From positions 3,534,001-3,598,000 of the forward strand of contig CAKKNE010000005.1 of assembly GCA_918797485.1 (NCBI GenBank): 64,000 bases of DNA, read 5' to 3'. This DNA comes from Pelagomonas calceolata (Eukaryota). This document shows positions 57,892-64,000 of this stretch, piece by piece (within the stretch, counting starts at the first letter, position 1; the number at the start of each line of letters is the position of its first letter). Made by a program: the position numbers and the translations under genes. Below the pieces are notes generated by a model that was not told where the DNA came from, ran no database searches, and saw only the letters and a list, made by a program, of their open reading frames with translations.

Positions 57892-59568
57892 ATGGCCCCA
57901 AAAAAGGCCTTCACCCAAGCCAAGCAACAGGCTCTCACGAAGCACGACAAGTCGAGCGCGACGTCCTTCGACGCGAGAGTGGTAGGACTGTGCGCGGCGG
58001 CGAACGACAGCCCCTACGTCTTCACGACGTCGTCGTGCAGCGGCCGGCACCTCCTGTGGCGCGGCGAGGGCGTCAAGGCCACGCAGTCCTTCGCGCGGGG
58101 CCGCGTGAGCCACGACCGCGTCGACGCGGCGTACTTTCTGGACCACGACGCCAACGACCAGGCGCCGTTTCGCAAGGCGCCGCTCGACGCGGCGCCGGAT
58201 AGCGAAGGCGCGCTCTGGCTGCGCTACGAGCCGCTGATCCTCCACGCGCGCTGCGCCGACGCGGGGGCGGCCCAGGCGTTCATGCGCGCAGCCCGGACCG
58301 TCTTCAAGAATGTGGGATTGCAGTCCGCGGCCTTCGAGACCGACGGCGCGTGCGTCGCGGTCGTCGGCGACGAGGGCCTCGACATGCCGCTGCGGAGCCC
58401 GGACGGCAAGGCGCTGTTCTCCGAGGCGCACGTCCCCTGGCTCGTCGCGACGCTCAACGAGAAACATGAGAGAAACTGGGCCAAGACACGGCGCTTCGAG
58501 GCGGCGCTGCGCGCGGTCCTCGAGGAGCTCCACGCGGACCGGGCTCATGGCGACGACGACGACGACGCGCTGAAGCCGCGGCGGGCGCGCTACGACGTCG
58601 TCGGCGACGTGGCGGTGCTGCGGCGCCCCGTGCTGCCCGACGAGGACGCGGCGGCGCTCGCGGCGCGGATCCTGGGCTCGAACGGAAGGCTCCGCGTCGT
58701 CGTCGCGCCGCCCGCGGGCGCGCAGCTCGCCGGCGCGCACCGGAGCCCCGCTACTGCTTTGGTCTGCCTCGGCGGGCGGGACCGGCGGCCGCTGGTCACG
58801 ACGCACAACGAGCACGGCGTCTCCGTCGTCGTGGACCTGAACGCGTGCTTCTTCACGCCGCGCCTGGCCACGGAGCGGCTCCGGGTGGCGCGCGCCGTCG
58901 CGCGCGACGAGCGCGTGCTGTGCCTGTTCGCGGGGTGCGGCGCCGAGGCGCTCATTATCGCCGCGACGACGGCGTGTTCCAAAGTCGCTTGTGTCGAGGT
59001 CAACCCCGTCGCGACGCGGTGCCTGGAGCGGTCCGTCCAGACGCTTCGACGGAGCAAGGGCGACGCGGCGGCCGACCGCGTCGAAGTGGTCTGCGCCGAC
59101 GTCCTCGACGACCTGGCGGCGCGCGCGCGGCGGGGCGAGACGTTCGACCGCGTGCTCGCGCCGCGACCCAAGGGCAAGCGGGACGGCGACCGCGTCGACG
59201 GCGCGGCCGCGGACGACGACGGCGCCGACGGCGGCGGCGGGCCCGACGGGATTCGCTTCCTGGAGGCGATCTTGCCCGTGCTCACGCCGACGGCCGTCGT
59301 CCACTGGACCGACTTTGCCGCGGACCATGAGTTGCCGGCGTGCGAGCGGACGCGGACGTTTCTGACCGAGGCGTGTGCGCGTTTGGTGGGCGCGCCCTGT
59401 CATATACTCCACAGCGCCAAGGCCGGGAGTTCGTCCGTCGCGGCTCGACAATACAGGGTGACGGTGGACTTTCGGCTCGCGGATATCGGTCCGCGCGGGG
59501 CGTCGGTGCATCCCGCCGGGCTGCCCTTGCGGGGGTCGCAGAAGTTGCGTGTTGTCGACGAGGAGTAA
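57892..59568 (+). CDS. tRNA wybutosine-synthesis TYW3 + TYW2/Trm5-like fusion
   Basis: FTTSSCSGR and EPLILH (TYW3); YDVVGDVA, FFTPRLATERLRV, VLCLFAGCG, VEVNP (Met-10+/Trm5-TYW2 SAM domain). Confidence 0.85.
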   Translation: MAPKKAFTQAKQQALTKHDKSSATSFDARVVGLCAAANDSPYVFTTSSCSGRHLLWRGEGVKATQSFARGRVSHDRVDAAYFLDHDANDQAPFRKAPLDAAPDSEGALWLRYEPLILHARCADAGAAQAFMRAARTVFKNVGLQSAAFETDGACVAVVGDEGLDMPLRSPDGKALFSEAHVPWLVATLNEKHERNWAKTRRFEAALRAVLEELHADRAHGDDDDDALKPRRARYDVVGDVAVLRRPVLPDEDAAALAARILGSNGRLRVVVAPPAGAQLAGAHRSPATALVCLGGRDRRPLVTTHNEHGVSVVVDLNACFFTPRLATERLRVARAVARDERVLCLFAGCGAEALIIAATTACSKVACVEVNPVATRCLERSVQTLRRSKGDAAADRVEVVCADVLDDLAARARRGETFDRVLAPRPKGKRDGDRVDGAAADDDGADGGGGPDGIRFLEAILPVLTPTAVVHWTDFAADHELPACERTRTFLTEACARLVGAPCHILHSAKAGSSSVAARQYRVTVDFRLADIGPRGASVHPAGLPLRGSQKLRVVDEE

Positions 59569-60102
59569 TGTGTCTATGTTTTCAGTATAGCCGCGGTGTC
59601 GGGTTTTTTTTAGCGCCGTCCGTCGATTTGCCTCTGGGGGGCTTGGGGACTCCTGCGGGGGTGACTGAGACGTCTCCGCGCGACAAATTCGGCATTTCGC
59701 TCGGGGGCGCCTCCTCTCTCAAGCGCCAGTTGCTCAGCGGCGCACAGCTATTTGCGGGCCATCAGCCGCCCCGCTGCGCCCCCTGACGCGTTGGAGAGAA
59801 AGCCTGAAGGCCACTGGTCGCCGCAGGCGCGGAAACCGTAGGCATTTTGGTGCGATAGGGCGTTAACAGCACGCCGCAGCGTAAACTCACTCTCAAGCCG
59901 CCACAGCGCGGCGCGGGCCGCCGCGCGGTCCCCGTGGCCTTCACACGCGGCGCAGACGCGCTTATACCGCGACAGCACTTGCGAACTGCGCGCGCTGCCT
60001 CGGGAATCGGCTAACAGCTGCGGGGCGCCGTAACAGACGCAAAAAATTCGCCACCGCCTAAACGCCGCCGCGCCGCCGAAAACCAAACGCCACACAGGCA
60101 TC

Positions 60103-61740
60103 ATGGCTTCGACGGACTACGTCGGCCAGGTCCAGGCCCGCATGGAGTCGCTCGCGGACGGGTTCATGGCGCGCGCCATCTCGCTGGCGCAGGCCGACAT
60201 GGCCGTCCTCGACGAGCAGCTCGAGCACGCGCGGAAGAAGCTCCGCGGCGAGAAGGGCGCGCTCGTGACCGCGAGCAGCGCCCTGGCGCCGCCGTCGCGC
60301 GCGCCGCTCGCGACGATCACCGAGGCGAGCAACTCGCCGCGCGTCGAGGCCGCCGCCGCGAAGCCCGCGCCGCGCGCGCCGCCGGCCGCCGCCGCTACCG
60401 CCGCCGCGCGGCCATCACCGCCGACGAACGAGAGCGACTCCGTCGCCAAGGCGCGCGCGCTCGTCGAGTCGTACACGTTCAAGGAGCTCCAGCGCGAGCT
60501 CAAGTCCCGCGAGCTCCGGGCCGCCGGCAAGAAGCAGGAGCTCAAGGCCCGGCTCGAGGGCGCCCTCGTCGCGGAGCTCGAGGCGGCCAAGGAGGCCGCG
60601 CCCATGGAGGAGGACGTCGTCGAGGCGCCGGCGCCGGCGCCGGCCCCGAAAAAGCCCGCGTCGCCGCGCGCCGCGCCGGCGCCGAAGGCGGCGCCGAAGC
60701 CGAAGCCCGCGTCGCCGCGGGCGGTCGCCGCGCCCAAACCCGCGCCGCCGAAGGCCGCCGCCGCGCCGCCGCGCGCGCCGCCGCCGCTCCCGCCGCGGCC
60801 CGCGTCGCCGGCGCCGCCGCGGCCCAAGTCGCCGCGGCCCGAGGCGCCGCCCGCGCCCGAGGCCCGGTCGCCGAAGGGCTCGCCGAAGCCGGGCCTGGGC
60901 TTCGTGGCGTCGATGCAGTCGCTCTTCGGCGGCAAGAAGGACGGCGCGCCGGAGCCGCCCAAGTCGGCCAAGCCCGCGGCCCAGCCGACGCCGCAGCCCG
61001 ACCGCCTCGCCGAGGTCCGCGCGCGCCAGCTCCAGCAGCAGAAGGCGCGGGAGCAGGCCGCCGCCGCGCGCGAGCGCGAGACGCAGCAGCGCCTCGCCGC
61101 CGAGAAGAGGCGCCGCGACGCCGAGGAGGCCGCGCGGCGCCAGGCGGCCCTCAAGCGCCAGGAGGAGGTCGCGAAGCGGCGCCAGGAGCAGCGCGAGGCC
61201 GAGCTCAAGCGCAAGGCGGGCATGGACGCCGCGCCGCCGCCGCCGCCGGCCGCCCACAGCCCGCCGCCGCCGGCCACCGCGCCGCCGCCGCCGCCGGCCG
61301 CGGCCGCGCTCTCGCCGCACCGGCCGGCCGCGCCGGCGGCGAAGCCCGCGCGGCTCACGCCGGGCCCCGACGCCGCGGCCAAGAAGCCCGCGCCCCAGCC
61401 GAAGCCGAGCCCGCTGGACACGTACGAGATCAGCGACCGCGAGGAGTCGACGGACGACGAGGACGAGAACGAGGAGCGCCAGCGCAACAAGCACATGCCG
61501 GACTGGGCGCGCGGCGCGGCGCTCCGCGAGGCCCTCAAGGGCCAGCGCGACGCGGACCCGGCCCAGGTCTTCCAGATCGGCGGCTCGACGTGCGAGCTCG
61601 CGGCCATCTTCAAGACGGACCGGGCCTTCAAGAAGCGCACGTCGTCCCAGAACTGGGGCGCGGACCTCGCAAGCCAGCACGAGCAGCAGCGCTACAAGCA
61701 GGACATGGGCTTCCAGTCGCCGCCGCGCGGCCCGTTCTAG
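60103..61740 (+). CDS. INCENP-like chromosomal passenger protein with a SAP-like motif
   Basis: C-terminal IN-box YEISD...PDWA...Q...DP..VF...CEL..IF...KRTSSQNW; single-helix region; ELQRELKSREL...GKKQELKARL. Confidence 0.8.
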   Translation: MASTDYVGQVQARMESLADGFMARAISLAQADMAVLDEQLEHARKKLRGEKGALVTASSALAPPSRAPLATITEASNSPRVEAAAAKPAPRAPPAAAATAAARPSPPTNESDSVAKARALVESYTFKELQRELKSRELRAAGKKQELKARLEGALVAELEAAKEAAPMEEDVVEAPAPAPAPKKPASPRAAPAPKAAPKPKPASPRAVAAPKPAPPKAAAAPPRAPPPLPPRPASPAPPRPKSPRPEAPPAPEARSPKGSPKPGLGFVASMQSLFGGKKDGAPEPPKSAKPAAQPTPQPDRLAEVRARQLQQQKAREQAAAARERETQQRLAAEKRRRDAEEAARRQAALKRQEEVAKRRQEQREAELKRKAGMDAAPPPPPAAHSPPPPATAPPPPPAAAALSPHRPAAPAAKPARLTPGPDAAAKKPAPQPKPSPLDTYEISDREESTDDEDENEERQRNKHMPDWARGAALREALKGQRDADPAQVFQIGGSTCELAAIFKTDRAFKKRTSSQNWGADLASQHEQQRYKQDMGFQSPPRGPF

Positions 61741-61793
61741 ATCTCTCCCCTTCTCCCCCCTTCTAACAAGAGACACTACTTATCTCTGCTTGC

Positions 61794-63008
61794 TTAGGGC
61801 ATGTCGACGTAGACGACTCGTTCGACGGCGTCGTAGCGGACGGGCAGGTCAACGGCTCCAGATATCCTACAATCGAGCTCCCCTCTCCGCTCGAACACGT
61901 GCACTCCGCCACGCGAGTAAAGAGAGTGACCAACGATGTAGTCGTCTGGGCCATCGTAGTTGACGACAGAGAGGATGCGGTCCGATTCGCTGTATGCCGT
62001 GTGACGCGGCATACCTCCATCAAAGCTAATCCACTGGTCGTTTACCGTGTCGTAAGCGTAGTGCTCGCGACCGTCAGAAGGTTCGCCGTCTTTCCTATGA
62101 TCCGTCAGGTGGATGAGCGTTCTATCCACGCAAATGCCGGGCCATGGCACCGTATAGTTATATGGCGCATACCCGTGTCTCAAATCTACGATTTCGACTT
62201 CTTCGGGAATGTCTAGGGTTCTCCACGTTTCTGTCTCGGTGTCGAAGACGCGAAAAAAGTCCGGCTCCATGCGGTCGAGGACATAGATTTCGGAGCCCAC
62301 GGCGACTGCGACTAATTGATGACCCAGTCCGCTTTCTGCTACCGGCAGCGGCGGCGGCATCGGTGGCATGTCCACCCATCTCTGGGCGTCAGGGTCAAAG
62401 CTTTGAAGTAAGATGCGCCATTCATGGTCATCGCGACACAATCCGCCCACATATAGACGACCAGCGCAGCCGACAGCAAACAGTTCGCGACGCGCGCCTT
62501 GAGGATATGCAGACGATAGTGGAATCGTGAACCACTCGTCGTCGACTGCGTCGTACACGGACACACCAGCGTACGTGCTGTTTTGTTTCATGCCGCCGGC
62601 GAGGAAGAGCTCGGAACCGATAACTGCGGTTCCCGCGCGAGCCACCCCACCAAAATGCAACCCACCAAGTATGCGCATCTCGGCCGACATCGGCACAAGG
62701 CGTCGCCACACGCGCCCGGACACGAGGGCCATGAAGCAGTCGCCCACGACAACGAGCGCTTCCTCCGTAATCTCCTCCGCGCGCCGCGCCTTGAGGAAGC
62801 GTTCACTCCGCATAATTGCGCGAAAGCCGACCGACGCGTCCGCGACGGCGTCGTGGTCCTCGCGAGGCAATCGTGCGAGGCAGGAGAGCATGACGTGTTC
62901 CGGCAGGACCTGAAACGCTCCCAAATGAGACGTCTTCGCCCTGCGCTGCATAGCTTTCACGAGTGCGCGCCGCGGCTCCTTAAAAGTGTATGGATACTTG
63001 CTCTCCAT
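61794..63008 (-). CDS. F-box/Kelch-repeat protein
   Basis: LPEHVMLSCLARLP F-box; Kelch blades ELFLAGG...YD...DEW and RLYVGG...FDP..QRW..MPPM. Confidence 0.8.
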   Translation of the reverse strand: MESKYPYTFKEPRRALVKAMQRRAKTSHLGAFQVLPEHVMLSCLARLPREDHDAVADASVGFRAIMRSERFLKARRAEEITEEALVVVGDCFMALVSGRVWRRLVPMSAEMRILGGLHFGGVARAGTAVIGSELFLAGGMKQNSTYAGVSVYDAVDDEWFTIPLSSAYPQGARRELFAVGCAGRLYVGGLCRDDHEWRILLQSFDPDAQRWVDMPPMPPPLPVAESGLGHQLVAVAVGSEIYVLDRMEPDFFRVFDTETETWRTLDIPEEVEIVDLRHGYAPYNYTVPWPGICVDRTLIHLTDHRKDGEPSDGREHYAYDTVNDQWISFDGGMPRHTAYSESDRILSVVNYDGPDDYIVGHSLYSRGGVHVFERRGELDCRISGAVDLPVRYDAVERVVYVDMP

Positions 63009-63119
63009 GAGGTATCGTCAAGACCGCTGGGGTCACGCAGCGCAGGGGTGACAACGAGTCGTCCTGACGGTCAGATTTTGCCACAGCGCCCGCGTTGTGT
63101 GCCCAACTTGATCGAGCTT

Positions 63120-63142
63120 GCTAGTGTCTTACTTGCGCTAGC
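63120..63142 (+). promoter_or_regulatory. Double-CTAG intergenic motif
   Basis: GCTAGTGTCTTACTTGCGCTAGC between divergent starts. Confidence 0.6.
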
Positions 63143-63291
63143 TCTGCGAGAGGGGGCGCCGCGTCTCGGGGCCACGCGTCTTTACGGCCGCCAGCGCTGT
63201 GGCCAGCACGCTCATAGGTGCGCCCCAACGCGGCAGAGTCAAGCCTTTTGACGCCTGCGCGCCAGCGGCACCGATTGAGATCTGAGGAGGC

Positions 63292-64000
63292 ATGGGCGTC
63301 AAGGGCCTCTGGAAGTTATTAGAACCGTGCGGCCGTCGTATTCATGTCGAGACGCTCGAGAACACGACGCTCGCTGTTGATGTCAGTATCTGGATGACAC
63401 AATTTGTGAAAGCGATGCGTGACGAGGAAGGTAGACCGATCAAAAACGCCCACGTCATCGGCACGCTGCGGCGCGTCGCGAAGCTCCTCTATCATGGCGT
63501 GCGACCGGTCATTGTGTTTGACGGCGGCGTCCCTGCTCTCAAGGAGCGGCTCATCCGCCAGCGGCGCATGCGGCGCGAGCGCCGCGAGGACGACGCGCGG
63601 TCCACCGCGAAGCGGCTCCTCGCCGCGCGGCTCCGCGCCGAGGCGTTGCGGAGGAAAGCCCCGGCCCAAAATACTGAGGCGGCCTACGCGGGCGGCTTCG
63701 ACCCGGGGAGCCAGGGCGAGGCCGCACCTACGAGGGCGCCGGCGCCGCGCCCCGCGCCCACGCAACCGTCACCAGAATCGTCGTCGGACGACGACGACGA
63801 CGACGGCTGCGAGTGGGAGCGCGGCGAGACCGCGGACGGTTTAGGGGTGGCGGCCGACGGCGACGCTTCCGCCGTCGACGTCGAGGCGCTCATCGCCCTG
63901 CCGCCGGCCGTAAGGAAAGCAAGGGTCGAGGCCGTCAACCGCAAGCAGCGCGTCGCCGCGCGGCGGCGCTTGATGCCTGTGGCCGGGGACGCCGACGAGT
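63292..64000 (+). CDS. ERCC5: XPG/Rad2 endonuclease, N-terminal part (runs off the window end)
   Basis: [15 protein letters not shown]...[19 protein letters not shown]...NAH...R..KLL..G.RPV.VFDG..P.LK. Confidence 0.88.
   Translation, partial: MGVKGLWKLLEPCGRRIHVETLENTTLAVDVSIWMTQFVKAMRDEEGRPIKNAHVIGTLRRVAKLLYHGVRPVIVFDGGVPALKERLIRQRRMRRERREDDARSTAKRLLAARLRAEALRRKAPAQNTEAAYAGGFDPGSQGEAAPTRAPAPRPAPTQPSPESSSDDDDDDGCEWERGETADGLGVAADGDASAVDVEALIALPPAVRKARVEAVNRKQRVAARRRLMPVAGDADE

Noticed and set aside
60117..61776. Long antisense and alternative-frame ORFs (e.g. 507 aa and 453 aa here; also 27838-28764, 57778-59511, 7636-8892)
   Set aside because: Shadow ORFs caused by high GC; low-complexity Arg/Ala/Gly translations opposite recognisable genes
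18941..64000. Apparent clustering of chromosome and DNA-repair genes (SMC3, INCENP, XPG, Treslin-like)
   Set aside because: Interspersed with many unrelated genes; no evidence of a functional cluster

Overview
Compact, GC-rich eukaryotic DNA with about 36 tightly packed genes, short GT-AG/GC-AG introns and heterokont-type plastid presequences. It is most consistent with a pelagophyte alga (Pelagomonas/Aureococcus-like); this is inference. Recognisable genes: aspartoacylase (partial), SH3-UIM-RING ligase, truncated subtilase, EML-like WD40 protein, VMA21-like, DUF1415-like, AlkA-type glycosylase, SMC3, RluA-type pseudouridine synthase, plastid phosphate translocator, a 4438-aa cadherin-like/ELWxxDGT protein, EF-hand RelA/SpoT homolog, SGNH hydrolase, F-box/cytochrome b5, LRR protein, RPS6, selenoprotein S (UGA plus SECIS), TYW3-TYW2 fusion, INCENP, F-box/Kelch and XPG (partial). 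The main structure the ORF track misses: (1) a 23-26 bp bipartite motif, GCTAGTGTCTTAC-Nx-CGCTAGC, in at least 12 upstream or divergent intergenic gaps; (2) a family of intron-forming elements (introners) built as 8-nt spacer/TSD + TIR CTGTGTGGAAATCAA...TTGATTTCCACACAG; (3) a tandem duplication whose two gene copies each carry a different introner at a site that is empty in the other; (4) an intact tRNA-Arg(UCG) inside a 156-nt spliceosomal intron. All calls were made by eye, without database searches.
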